Position numbers and translations under genes: made by a program. The notes below the pieces were generated by a model that searched no databases, was not told where the DNA came from, and saw only the letters and a program-made list of their open reading frames with translations. Below are positions 20,477 to 30,042 of a stretch of 64,000 bases of DNA, one piece after another; the stretch's first letter is position 1; each line of letters opens with the position of its first letter. Origin of the DNA: Balneolaceae bacterium (lineage in GTDB: Bacteria; Bacteroidota; Rhodothermia; Balneolales; Balneolaceae). The stretch lies in assembly GCA_035267805.1 (NCBI GenBank), contig DATFLI010000174.1:110-64109 (forward strand). Reading direction: 5' to 3'.

Positions 20477-22789
20477 TTATTTGAACTGATAATTACGAAG
20501 GGGCTCTGCTCCTAATAAGTGCTCGACAAAGTAATTCATCCGTTTCCTCATAAAGTATGTTGAAGCATATCCATAACCATGTGAAACATTGGGGATTATA
20601 AACATATCAAAACTTTTGCCGGCTTTGATTAGGGCTTTATCCAAACGATAGGTTTCAGCAGGATGCACGTTGGTATCCATATCGCCGTGCGCCAACAGCA
20701 GATAGCCCTTAAGATTATCCACTAAGTCCGGATTCATGTTACTCTGCTCAGCATACTGTGGACCGGCGGGATAATCCATATACAACTCCGGCCACCAGGC
20801 CTTTGCTACGCGCAAATCGTGATCCCCCGACTCTGAGACACCTACCTTAAAAAAGTCAGGTCGCAGGAACATGGCCCGCGCCGCATCGTATCCGCCCGCA
20901 GAATGCCCGTAAATGCCAACACGCGAAGTATCCATATACGAATATTTCTGAGCCAGTTCCTTTATGGCTTTGACATGATCAGGTAACCCAATATCTCCCA
21001 AATTTTTATAGGAAAAATCGTGAAAAGCTTTTGATCGCTGGGCAGTTCCCAAGCCGTCAACATTAATTACAATAAAACCAAGTTCTGCCTGCGGTTGATC
21101 ACTGGTATAAAGCCCACGCCTGAATCTTTTGGGCGTTTTAACAGCCTGCGGACCGGCATAAATATCGTCTAATACCGGATAATCCTTATTCGACGAAAAG
21201 TTGGAAGGCCGATAAATGACCCCATAAATGTCTGTTTTACCATCTCTGGCTTTAAGCTTAAATGGCTCGGGATATTGCCAGCCTGTTGCCAGCAGGTCTT
21301 TGATATCCGCCTCTTCCACCTGCATTAAAACCGATCCATCCTTGGTACTACGGAGTACCGTTACCGGCTTTTTATCTACCCTGGAATAGTGATCAATGAA
21401 ATATTTTTGTTTGGGAGATAAGGATACATCGTGGGTCCCATTTTCGGGAGACAGGGATCTTATATCACTCCCGTCAAAATTTACGCGGTATAAGTGATTG
21501 TAATAAGGGTCCTGATTGGGTTCTTTTCCACCCGCTGTAAAGTAGATCGTGCGGTTTTCTTTATCCACATGAACCAAATCTTTTACCACATAGTCGCCAT
21601 GAGTAATTTGACGTTTTACCTTTCCTGTTTTTAAATCATAGAGATAAATATGATTCCATCCATCCCGCTCAGAGAGCCAAAGCAGTTCGTCCGTTTTCGG
21701 CAAGAATTCAAAACCACTGTTCAACGGATCGATATACGTATCGCTTGTCCGATGAAAAACCGTATCCACTTTTCCGGTTGCGGCATCTGTCTCTAACAAA
21801 GTAACTGAACCATATCCCCTTTCTCGCATAATCCCATATAATTTCGAGCTGTCATCCCCATACCACATCCAGCTTCCGTTACTGACCTGATTATAAGGTT
21901 GGACATCAACCGGTGTTTGTTCTTTGCTTTCGACATCAAAAACAAAAGGTTTTATCTTAGCTACGTTAACATCACCCGGGAGTGCCCGGTAGTAGGAATA
22001 TACTTTAGATCGAAATCCACCGTCGGGAGCATTTTGCAGCAGATACATTTTCTTGGCCGTACGTAAGTCCAGCTTGCCAGCATAAAATTTCCTGGAATCT
22101 TTTGACCAGGAAATTCGCAATGGAAGCGGTTCTCGTTTCTTTGATTCAGGTCCGACCTCTCTCTTCCATGTCCAGGGTAATCGGGCCCCATAGAAAAAAT
22201 GTTTTTTTCCGTCATTTGTCAGTTGTGTTTTCTTGCCCGTCTCATTATTTATCAAATAAAGATTATAGTCTTTGCGCTCGACGGTCCATTTTCCATTGGG
22301 GGATGTGGACGTAAGTCGATCCGAACTTCTATTATTATGACTATTCGCTTTAGTAACAGCCAGTGTGTTTAAATCAACGTTCCAAGTAGTACTGTCTTTT
22401 TGGAACCGGAAGATATTATCAGCGTGATTCCAATCCAGATTGTGCAAAGGTAGATCATAGGGATCAACTTTCTCTCCCAAGACATCGGATAAATTCTTAG
22501 CCAGCTTTTCCTGATTGAAAAAGTGTGTTTTGTTGCGCTGATCGGCATTAATCACAAAATATTCCTCACCTTTTCGAGTATGCAGTCGATACCAAAAGAC
22601 GGGGGCATCATCGGCCCAATGCGGTTTAACATTCACCCGAAAAACCAAATCACCCACATTTTGGTACATAAACTGATCCGCCCTTTGATAGTCTTTTCTT
22701 GTAACGGATTGAGCTTGCACTCTGACCGCCGTCAACAATAATAACATTCCGATGAATCCCTGAATATATCGCCCACTCTTATTTAACAT
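20477..22789 (-). CDS. S9-family serine peptidase (DPP IV-like beta-propeller + alpha/beta hydrolase), secreted
   Basis: SERDGWNHIYLY, GIYGHSAGG (Ser), HGDMDTNVH (Asp) and SHGY (His). Signal peptide from ATG 22789; the track start is 22861. Confidence 0.92.
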   Translation of the reverse strand: MLNKSGRYIQGFIGMLLLLTAVRVQAQSVTRKDYQRADQFMYQNVGDLVFRVNVKPHWADDAPVFWYRLHTRKGEEYFVINADQRNKTHFFNQEKLAKNLSDVLGEKVDPYDLPLHNLDWNHADNIFRFQKDSTTWNVDLNTLAVTKANSHNNRSSDRLTSTSPNGKWTVERKDYNLYLINNETGKKTQLTNDGKKHFFYGARLPWTWKREVGPESKKREPLPLRISWSKDSRKFYAGKLDLRTAKKMYLLQNAPDGGFRSKVYSYYRALPGDVNVAKIKPFVFDVESKEQTPVDVQPYNQVSNGSWMWYGDDSSKLYGIMRERGYGSVTLLETDAATGKVDTVFHRTSDTYIDPLNSGFEFLPKTDELLWLSERDGWNHIYLYDLKTGKVKRQITHGDYVVKDLVHVDKENRTIYFTAGGKEPNQDPYYNHLYRVNFDGSDIRSLSPENGTHDVSLSPKQKYFIDHYSRVDKKPVTVLRSTKDGSVLMQVEEADIKDLLATGWQYPEPFKLKARDGKTDIYGVIYRPSNFSSNKDYPVLDDIYAGPQAVKTPKRFRRGLYTSDQPQAELGFIVINVDGLGTAQRSKAFHDFSYKNLGDIGLPDHVKAIKELAQKYSYMDTSRVGIYGHSAGGYDAARAMFLRPDFFKVGVSESGDHDLRVAKAWWPELYMDYPAGPQYAEQSNMNPDLVDNLKGYLLLAHGDMDTNVHPAETYRLDKALIKAGKSFDMFIIPNVSHGYGYASTYFMRKRMNYFVEHLLGAEPLRNYQFK

Positions 22790-23012
22790 AACACAAAATC
22801 GATTTCTTTTTCGACTATTTAGTACGGTAATAGCCATTACTTGAAATGTAATCTTAAACAATTCTCAAGAGCTATTTTGATACTATCTTAACGATTCATG
22901 CATCTAGATTTACATAGAAACCTTTAGAGACAGGCTCACTCGATTGGTCATTCTCAACTTCTCCCGATGAATATACTGTTCAAGAACCCGTTGTAAATAG
23001 CTTTAGCGTTGA

Positions 23013-24275
23013 TCACATATACCGATTAGGATCTATCAGTGGATGAGATAGCTCGGCCTGACCTTCGGTGATAAGTTGAGAAATAAGCTCCCCGCTAGAA
23101 AAACTAAGACTAATGCCCATCATGGCATGACCAGTAGAGACAAATAAATTTTTATACTGGTTGATATTACCTACGTATGGCAAACCATCTGGTGAGCAGG
23201 GACGCAGACCAACCCAAACATCGTGACCATTTAAATCTTGCATCGAATATTCGGGAAAATATTGAACTACTGATTTTTTTAATGCCTTAATTTTAGCAGG
23301 TGTTATAGATTGATCAATACCTACTATCTCCATCGTTCCGCCAAAGCGCAGTTTTCCTTGCATCGGCGTCATCGAAACTTTTGCTTCGGCCAGCAGTGCA
23401 CAAATATCCGGCAAACTCTTAGGATTTTGTAGCGTTATACTATATCCCTTGCCCGCTTGCATCGGAAGGGAAAAATCCAATTTCGAAACCAAAGTCGATG
23501 TCCATGCCCCCGGGCATAAAACAACTTTTGATCCTTTTATTTCCTGACCGTCTGAAGTAACTACCCCTTTTACCTGCTTCGAATCACTGGCTAATCCTGT
23601 AACTTCCTCATTAAATACAAACTCAACACCTTTAGCCCTTAGCACATTTTTGAGCCGATCCATAAGTAAACCGGGATGAAGATGGGCATCCTTAGGAAAA
23701 TAGGTAGCTCCAATAATATCCATCTCTATTTTTGGCTCCATTTTCCAAACTTCCTCCGCCGACAGTACTTCAGCGGGAATGCCCAGCTCTCTTGCCCTTT
23801 CTACGACTTCGGTTTCTTCCTCCAGCCCTTTTTCTGTCCTGCAAAGATTGAATAACCCATTTTTTTGAAAGCCGAAATCCAGCGATTCATCTTCTTCCAA
23901 ATCGATAAGCAACTGCCGATTTCTAAGCAGAAGATCTCTTAAAACGGGAGCTGATTCTTCGACATGTTGCTCTGTCGAAGCCTGCTTAAATTTCCATCCC
24001 CAGCTTAACAATTTTTTATCCAACCGTGGCTTAATATAGAAAGGACTTTCGGCCTTAAGCATCCACCTCAATCCCTTGCCAATAATCCCAGGTGATGCCA
24101 ATGGTACAATATGACTCGGTACCACCATCCCGGCATTGCCATAAGAACAGTTATCTCTTCCGTCAGACTTTTCGACAACGGTTACATTAAATCCTTCTTT
24201 GTTTAAATAATAAGCCGAAGCCAGGCCGGCTATACCCGCTCCTACTACAACGACATGCTCTTTTTTACTCATCAA
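23013..24275 (-). CDS. FAD-dependent D-amino acid dehydrogenase, probable cis-4-hydroxy-D-proline dehydrogenase
   Basis: GAGIAG FAD motif, CSYGNAG, AGKGYS, WVGLRPCSPDGLP and TGHAMMG. Adjacent to the hydroxyproline epimerase. Confidence 0.85.
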   Translation of the reverse strand: MMSKKEHVVVVGAGIAGLASAYYLNKEGFNVTVVEKSDGRDNCSYGNAGMVVPSHIVPLASPGIIGKGLRWMLKAESPFYIKPRLDKKLLSWGWKFKQASTEQHVEESAPVLRDLLLRNRQLLIDLEEDESLDFGFQKNGLFNLCRTEKGLEEETEVVERARELGIPAEVLSAEEVWKMEPKIEMDIIGATYFPKDAHLHPGLLMDRLKNVLRAKGVEFVFNEEVTGLASDSKQVKGVVTSDGQEIKGSKVVLCPGAWTSTLVSKLDFSLPMQAGKGYSITLQNPKSLPDICALLAEAKVSMTPMQGKLRFGGTMEIVGIDQSITPAKIKALKKSVVQYFPEYSMQDLNGHDVWVGLRPCSPDGLPYVGNINQYKNLFVSTGHAMMGISLSFSSGELISQLITEGQAELSHPLIDPNRYM

Positions 24276-24286
24276 TTATTCATCTG

Positions 24287-25288
24287 TTAAATTACCTGAA
24301 ATCCATAGGCGTAGGGATCGTCGGGATCAATGGTAATGGAATTATAGCCATAAACATGCGCCCAGCCTTCAATACTTGGTATGATTGCCGGCTTATCCCC
24401 GACGGTCGTCTCTTCCTTAACACGAGCTGTAAATTTACTGCCGATGATACTTTCGTGTATAAATTTTTCGCCCTTTTTAAGTTTGCCTTTAGCAGCCCAC
24501 TGTGCTACCCGGGCAGAAGTCCCTGTTCCGCAAGGCGATCGATCTATTGCCTTATCACCATAGAAAACAGCATTTCGGGCGGTAGCTTCATCATCCTTTG
24601 GTTCGCCAGTCCACATGATATGGTGCAGGCCATGGATACGGTCGTCTTCCGGATGAACAAAGCTATATCTTTCGTTGATACGCTTTCGAATCACTCTACT
24701 CCAGCGAATTAGCTGATCGGCCTGGTAGTCCTCCATATCCCGGTAATTTTCTTGGGCGTCAATGATAGCATAAAAGTTTCCACCGTAAGCTACATCAAAA
24801 ACCAATTTTCCTAAGTCGGGGCACTCCACTTCCAGTTCGGTCGCTTCTAAAAAGCTGGCTACATTCTTAATTTTAACCGAGCTCACTTTATCTCCTTCTT
24901 TTGTATATTCAGCAACTACTTCTCCTGCCGGTACCTCCAGCCGGAGCTCACCCGGATTTTGAGGCTCAACCAATCCTTCTTCAATGGCAATAGTAACAGT
25001 GCCAATGGTACCGTGTCCACACATGGGCAGGCAACCACTAGTTTCTATAAATAGGATACCGATATCATTTTTCGGATCGCTAGGTGGATACAGGATACTA
25101 CCCGACATCATATCATGTCCACGAGGTTCAAACATCAGGCCTTTTCGAATCCAGTCATATTCTTCAAGAAAATGCAGACGTTTTTCCGCCATATTCTTTC
25201 CTTCCAGGATGGGACCGCCTCCGGCAACCAGTCGCACGGGATTACCACAGGTGTGGGCATCGATACAAAAAAAACGTTTTGAGGGCAT
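24287..25288 (-). CDS. lhpA: 4-hydroxyproline 2-epimerase (proline racemase family)
   Basis: DAHTCGNPVR, EPRGHDMMSG, and both catalytic Cys motifs MCGHGTIG and DRSPCGTGTSA. Confidence 0.92.
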   Translation of the reverse strand: MPSKRFFCIDAHTCGNPVRLVAGGGPILEGKNMAEKRLHFLEEYDWIRKGLMFEPRGHDMMSGSILYPPSDPKNDIGILFIETSGCLPMCGHGTIGTVTIAIEEGLVEPQNPGELRLEVPAGEVVAEYTKEGDKVSSVKIKNVASFLEATELEVECPDLGKLVFDVAYGGNFYAIIDAQENYRDMEDYQADQLIRWSRVIRKRINERYSFVHPEDDRIHGLHHIMWTGEPKDDEATARNAVFYGDKAIDRSPCGTGTSARVAQWAAKGKLKKGEKFIHESIIGSKFTARVKEETTVGDKPAIIPSIEGWAHVYGYNSITIDPDDPYAYGFQVI

Positions 25289-25374
25289 ATTATATAAGTT
25301 AAAACCTGGTACTGATCAGGAGCTCTAAATTTTTTTTGGTTCTAGGAGGTAAATATAACCGTATTCTTTAGAAA

Positions 25375-26928
25375 CTATTTTACAAACTCATCATCCACAA
25401 TGCGATATATATCAAGTGAATTTTCATCTTTCAATTCATCAGGCAACAATGCCTCCGGACAATCCTGGTAAGCAACCGGGCGGACAAAACGCTCGATTGC
25501 AGCTGTCCCAACAGAAGTAAACTTCGAATCGGTAGTCGCAGGGAACGGTCCGCCATGTTGCATAGCCGAACAAACTCGCACACCAGTAGGTACGCTGTTA
25601 AATATCACGCGTCCCGCCTTTTCGCGGCTTATAGCTACCAGCTCCTGATGATCGCCAAGCTCATCCTCATTACCAATAAAGGTTACCGTTAACTGTCCCT
25701 GCAGATGATTGGCAACTTTCTGCATTTCCTCGTCATCCTCACAGGAAACGACCAAAGTGTATGGGCCAAAAACTTCCTCCTGCCAATCTTCATCTTTAAG
25801 AAAGTCGGAAGCCGTTATCGTAGCCATTGAAGCGCTACCATAGTTGCCCTCTTCTGTGTCTGATTCGGTTAAAATTTCAATATCATCTTTATTAAACATT
25901 TCGGCCCGCTTCTTACGATAATTTTCGGCAATGCCTGTGTTCAACATACAGCCAACCTCAGCTTCTTTAAGCTTTGCAGAAAGCTGGTTTTTAAACTCAT
26001 CCAAGGCATCTCCTTTAATGCCAACAATAAGTCCCGGATTGGTACAGAATTGTCCTACTCCGAGCGTTACCGAACCGGCATATTCTTCAGCGATTTCCCC
26101 CGGTTGCTCCGACAATTTGTTATCTAACAGAAAAACCGGATTTATACTACCCATTTCTGCATAGACTGGAATTGGCTCATCACGCTGTTGTGCTGTTTGG
26201 TAAATAGCTGTTCCAGCTCCATAGGAACCGGTAAAACCAACCGCTTTAATATTAGGATTTTTTACCAGCTTTGATCCAACTTCTGCAGCGCCGTTCAATG
26301 AACTAAATACCCCTTCGGGCATATCCGTTTTCTCAGCCGCCTTTAAGATGGCACGGGCCACCATTTCATTAGTACCGGGATGCGATTCATGACTCTTCAC
26401 AATTACAGGACATCCCGCAGCCAGTGCCGAAGCGGTATCGCCGCCTGCCGTCGAAAAGGCCAGCGGAAAGTTGCTAGCACCAAAAACGGCAATAGGCCCC
26501 AGCGGAAAAAGCATTCTCCGCACATCAGGTGCCCCATCTTCTGCATGATTTATCCTGGCATCTACCCAGGAACCTTCTCGTAGTAAATCAGCAAACATCC
26601 GCAGTTGATTGCATGTTCGAGACCGTTCTCCTTCTAATCGGCCATGAGACAATCCGGATTCATTAGAAGCTCGTTCTATTAAACTATCCCCCAGATCCAT
26701 AATTTCATCCGCAATCTGATTAAGAAAAGCGGCTTTTTCTTCGCCACTCACATTACGATATCTAAAAAAAGCCTCTTGAGCCTTCTGGGTAGCCTTATCA
26801 ATTTCTTCCTGGGTAGCTTTATGAAACTCACCCGGAAGTTTTTCATCCGTTGCAGGATTAGATGCCGTTAGATATTCCGAATTTTCTGCAGAAGCAGAGG
26901 ATCCAATAAAATTTGTTCCTTCAATCAT
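25375..26928 (-). CDS. alpha-ketoglutaric semialdehyde dehydrogenase (NADP+)
   Basis: VFGASNFPLAFSTAGGDTASALAAGCPV, GFTGS, YAEMGSINP, GQFCTNPG, EEVFGP and HGGPFPATTD. Confidence 0.92.
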   Translation of the reverse strand: MIEGTNFIGSSASAENSEYLTASNPATDEKLPGEFHKATQEEIDKATQKAQEAFFRYRNVSGEEKAAFLNQIADEIMDLGDSLIERASNESGLSHGRLEGERSRTCNQLRMFADLLREGSWVDARINHAEDGAPDVRRMLFPLGPIAVFGASNFPLAFSTAGGDTASALAAGCPVIVKSHESHPGTNEMVARAILKAAEKTDMPEGVFSSLNGAAEVGSKLVKNPNIKAVGFTGSYGAGTAIYQTAQQRDEPIPVYAEMGSINPVFLLDNKLSEQPGEIAEEYAGSVTLGVGQFCTNPGLIVGIKGDALDEFKNQLSAKLKEAEVGCMLNTGIAENYRKKRAEMFNKDDIEILTESDTEEGNYGSASMATITASDFLKDEDWQEEVFGPYTLVVSCEDDEEMQKVANHLQGQLTVTFIGNEDELGDHQELVAISREKAGRVIFNSVPTGVRVCSAMQHGGPFPATTDSKFTSVGTAAIERFVRPVAYQDCPEALLPDELKDENSLDIYRIVDDEFVK

Positions 26929-27020
26929 TACAGGAATGAAAATTTAAAATTAAAAATAATTATCTCCTAATTACTCGATTCATAAAGATATTAGGCAATG
27001 CAATATTTAAAGTTAATAGT

Positions 27021-27938
27021 CTATACACTTACATTATAAGCCGACATATCTGGTCGGTTAGCTAAAGCTTCATTAATTATTGACTGTACGTGCTCGCGTT
27101 CTTCACCAGTCAGCGGCAGCCGTGGAGGACGAACATGCTCTGTTCCAATTCCGGTTGCTACTTCAGCCAGTTTAATATTTTGGACAAGTTTGGGATTAAT
27201 ATCCAATTCCAATAACGGTAGGAACCATCGAAAGATTTCACGTGCTTCTTTCAAACGGCTTTCTTGTATAAGTTCATAAATAACAACGGTCTCACGAGGA
27301 AAAGCACAGACCAATCCAGCGACCCAGCCCTTGGCTCCCATTACAAGCGCTTCAGGAGCCAACGTATCCACGCCGCAAAGCAGATTAAAACGATCTCCAA
27401 AACGATTAATTATCCGTGTGATATTTGTCAGATCTCGGGTAGATTCTTTAATAGCTTGAATATTCTTATGCTCCTTGAGCTTTCCCAACATATCCAGCGT
27501 GATTTCGATTCCATAATCCACCGGATTATTGTACAGCATTATTGGCAAATTAGTGGACGTTGCTACAGCTTTAATAAAAGAAACCGTCTCCCGATCATCA
27601 GCTTTATACATCATCGGGGGAAGCATCATTAATCCATCAGCCCCATTCTCTTCAGCCTGGGTAGCAGTTCGAATGGCATCTTCTGTAGAACTTTCTGCTA
27701 TATTTACAATAACTGGAATTTTATTCTCGGCAATTTCCAGCGTGGAATCTAATAGCGTCAGTTTCTCTTCATTGGTTAATGTACTAGCTTCTCCTAAAGA
27801 TCCACCAATTACAATACCATGGATTCCAGCTTCAATCTGCTTCTCAATGTTTCCTTGAAAAGTTTCGATATCAAGAGATCCATCTTGATGAAATTTTGTA
27901 GTTATCGCGGGATAAATACCTTGCCAGTTAACTTCCAT
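27021..27938 (-). CDS. lhpC: DHDPS-family protein, probable 1-pyrroline-4-hydroxy-2-carboxylate deaminase
   Basis: WQGIYPAITT, GSLGE, MLYNNP, IKES (Schiff-base Lys), GWVAGL and KLVQNIK. First gene of the Hyp operon. Confidence 0.85.
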   Translation of the reverse strand: MEVNWQGIYPAITTKFHQDGSLDIETFQGNIEKQIEAGIHGIVIGGSLGEASTLTNEEKLTLLDSTLEIAENKIPVIVNIAESSTEDAIRTATQAEENGADGLMMLPPMMYKADDRETVSFIKAVATSTNLPIMLYNNPVDYGIEITLDMLGKLKEHKNIQAIKESTRDLTNITRIINRFGDRFNLLCGVDTLAPEALVMGAKGWVAGLVCAFPRETVVIYELIQESRLKEAREIFRWFLPLLELDINPKLVQNIKLAEVATGIGTEHVRPPRLPLTGEEREHVQSIINEALANRPDMSAYNVSV

Positions 27939-27999
27939 AATAATACAATTGAATTAAAATCTGCTTTAGTTGAGGTTAAAAAAATGAATGCCAGAATTC

Positions 28000-28034
28000 T
28001 TATAGAATATTCACAGATACGATGAAAATATTAT
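28000..28034. promoter_or_regulatory. Putative AraC-type binding site upstream of the hydroxyproline operon
   Basis: TTATAGAATATTCACAGATACGATGAAAATATTAT, with AATATT repeated at 21-bp spacing. 29/35 identical to 54307-54341. Confidence 0.75.
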
Positions 28035-28135
28035 TCATTTGTTCGGATAATAGCGATTTAACTAACAAAATGATTAATATTTGTTTACCGATTTTTGGTT
28101 TATGCTTTTAAGTAAACAGGAGCGCCAGCTATTCT

Positions 28136-29992
28136 CTATTTATCTGAGCATCCTGGCATTTGAAAGGCTCCAATCTTGGTCGAATATCTTTCAGATCCCT
28201 TCTTAAAATAATCACCCACATACCAGATGGTACAATCATCACTTGGGTCCACTGCAGTCTGAGTATAATCTTCCCATCTGTTGGTATGGGTCTGAGCTCC
28301 TTTCCCTTCAACGAGTACGTTCTCATGCATGCTGAGAATACCTTTGGGATCTCCCGGAGTTCGCCCGACAAATCGCTGTCCGGCAAAATGAGGCGTTCCT
28401 CCAAAAGAATAGCCGATTCCAATATTGCCATTCTTGTCAATAGCAGGGCTACCAAGCCAACGATAAAAATTGTCGGGTACATACGTCCCCTGTTGGTACA
28501 GTTTTACGTCACGTTGTTGATCAACTCGAAACTCATACCAACGCACCCCGCCGCCACCTGTTGAAGCATTTACCGAATGTACAGCAACAATCGATTCCTG
28601 ATCATCGATCCGGCGATAAACCAGACGCGACATAAGTTTATCTCCCTGCGAGTCAAGGTGCGTATCAGTTCCCGGCTGGGGAACGCAGTTCGTAAGCTGA
28701 CCATCGCACAAATAGTGATAAGGCGCTACCGAAATTTTCTTAGGTCCGCTCAGCTTCGTTTGCGATGGGTTATTCCAGTCAACGTGAAATTTCCATGTAT
28801 ATATACCATCACCTTCAAAATCACCCTTCAATTGCGTGCCGCCAGCAGCCATCATAATATTTGGCGCCCCTTTAGGCGGGAGCTGCTTTCCCTCCAGATC
28901 GGCATTGTTAAGAAAATTTACTCCGTCGATCACTACGCACTGCTCGGTCGCCTTCTCCCCTTTCAGCATCTTCTGCCGATCAGCAACGCAAGCCTGTTTT
29001 TTTACCACATTATCTCCTGCGCTGGTAGGCACGTAATAGCCATCGGGCCATATGGCTGGCCGGGGATAATCCGGAAAGTGCTGCCGCACAAACTCATAGC
29101 GATAATATGTTCCCATAGGATTTGGACCGGTACTTACGGCATAACACATTGCATACGATCCTTTTTTATTTCTTTTTCCGGGTCTATGACGAAATACCTG
29201 CTGTGATGTATCGGGAGGAGGAACAAATAGCGATGCCGCTTTCCCGGGTTGTTTTTGCTGGCCAATTACACTCCGACGAGCCGGGTCTCCCGCTTTAAGC
29301 AGGGGGCGATCCACCTCTTTGGCTATTCGTGAAAAAATCGGCATCACAATGAGCCAGCGGTCGGCAAGCTGATCATAACGCACGACGGCATCTCCGTTAT
29401 TTTGCTGTTCACAGGGCCCTCCAAATCCACGAAAAACATTCCGGGTTTTAACAGGCCCGGCAAGCACTTTTCCAGTTGAACTAAACTTTTGGCCCTTTTT
29501 AGTAAAAATCGCCATTCGGGTATTAACAATTTGTACAATGTGATTTGGTCCTACCGCTAAACTGTTATCGGAAGGGTTATGCAACTTAATCCATCCCTGT
29601 GGTCCCCGAAAATCTTGTCCGAGACCATCAAAGCTTTTTACAAGCGTTGCCGAAGGTTTGGTTCCCTGGCTCGTTTGCTCGATATCTGCTGCTCCTTCAG
29701 GAACCGTAATTCTAGGTTTTGGATTCTCAGAATGAGTCTCCTTTTCCACGACCGACTCCTGCCTATTATAATGATCAGGAACAGTAAGCAGAGCTCTGGA
29801 TTTATCATGTCGCACAGAACGATTGATTTTGACCGTACTATCCCTATAGGTTGACCTTAATCGACCATTTGAATAATCATTGCCCTGGAAGTTTGCCCCA
29901 ACAATCCCCGTAGTTATAAAAAAAACCCCGATTAAAGTAATATTTTTAAAAATTCCGTGTCGTAACTGACTGAATTTAAACATGAGTGTCAC
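28136..29992 (-). CDS. Uncharacterized secreted protein (probable beta-propeller, Cys-containing)
   Basis: 618 aa ORF with a signal-like N-terminus and conserved-looking blocks PSDNSLAVGPNHIVQIVN, GDAVVRYDQLADRW, FPDYPRPAIWPDGYY and RWEDYTQTAVDPSDDCTIWY. Alternative ATG at 29983. Confidence 0.8.
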   Translation of the reverse strand: MTLMFKFSQLRHGIFKNITLIGVFFITTGIVGANFQGNDYSNGRLRSTYRDSTVKINRSVRHDKSRALLTVPDHYNRQESVVEKETHSENPKPRITVPEGAADIEQTSQGTKPSATLVKSFDGLGQDFRGPQGWIKLHNPSDNSLAVGPNHIVQIVNTRMAIFTKKGQKFSSTGKVLAGPVKTRNVFRGFGGPCEQQNNGDAVVRYDQLADRWLIVMPIFSRIAKEVDRPLLKAGDPARRSVIGQQKQPGKAASLFVPPPDTSQQVFRHRPGKRNKKGSYAMCYAVSTGPNPMGTYYRYEFVRQHFPDYPRPAIWPDGYYVPTSAGDNVVKKQACVADRQKMLKGEKATEQCVVIDGVNFLNNADLEGKQLPPKGAPNIMMAAGGTQLKGDFEGDGIYTWKFHVDWNNPSQTKLSGPKKISVAPYHYLCDGQLTNCVPQPGTDTHLDSQGDKLMSRLVYRRIDDQESIVAVHSVNASTGGGGVRWYEFRVDQQRDVKLYQQGTYVPDNFYRWLGSPAIDKNGNIGIGYSFGGTPHFAGQRFVGRTPGDPKGILSMHENVLVEGKGAQTHTNRWEDYTQTAVDPSDDCTIWYVGDYFKKGSERYSTKIGAFQMPGCSDK

Positions 29993-30042
29993 TTTTTGGT
30001 TGATCTACTAACAATTTTATCGCTGCGTTCTCTTTAACTGGC

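Noticed and set aside
27021-27938. Annotation as dapA (lysine biosynthesis)
   Set aside because: It has GSLGE rather than GTTGE, and its position next to the Hyp epimerase and KGSA dehydrogenase favours the deaminase.
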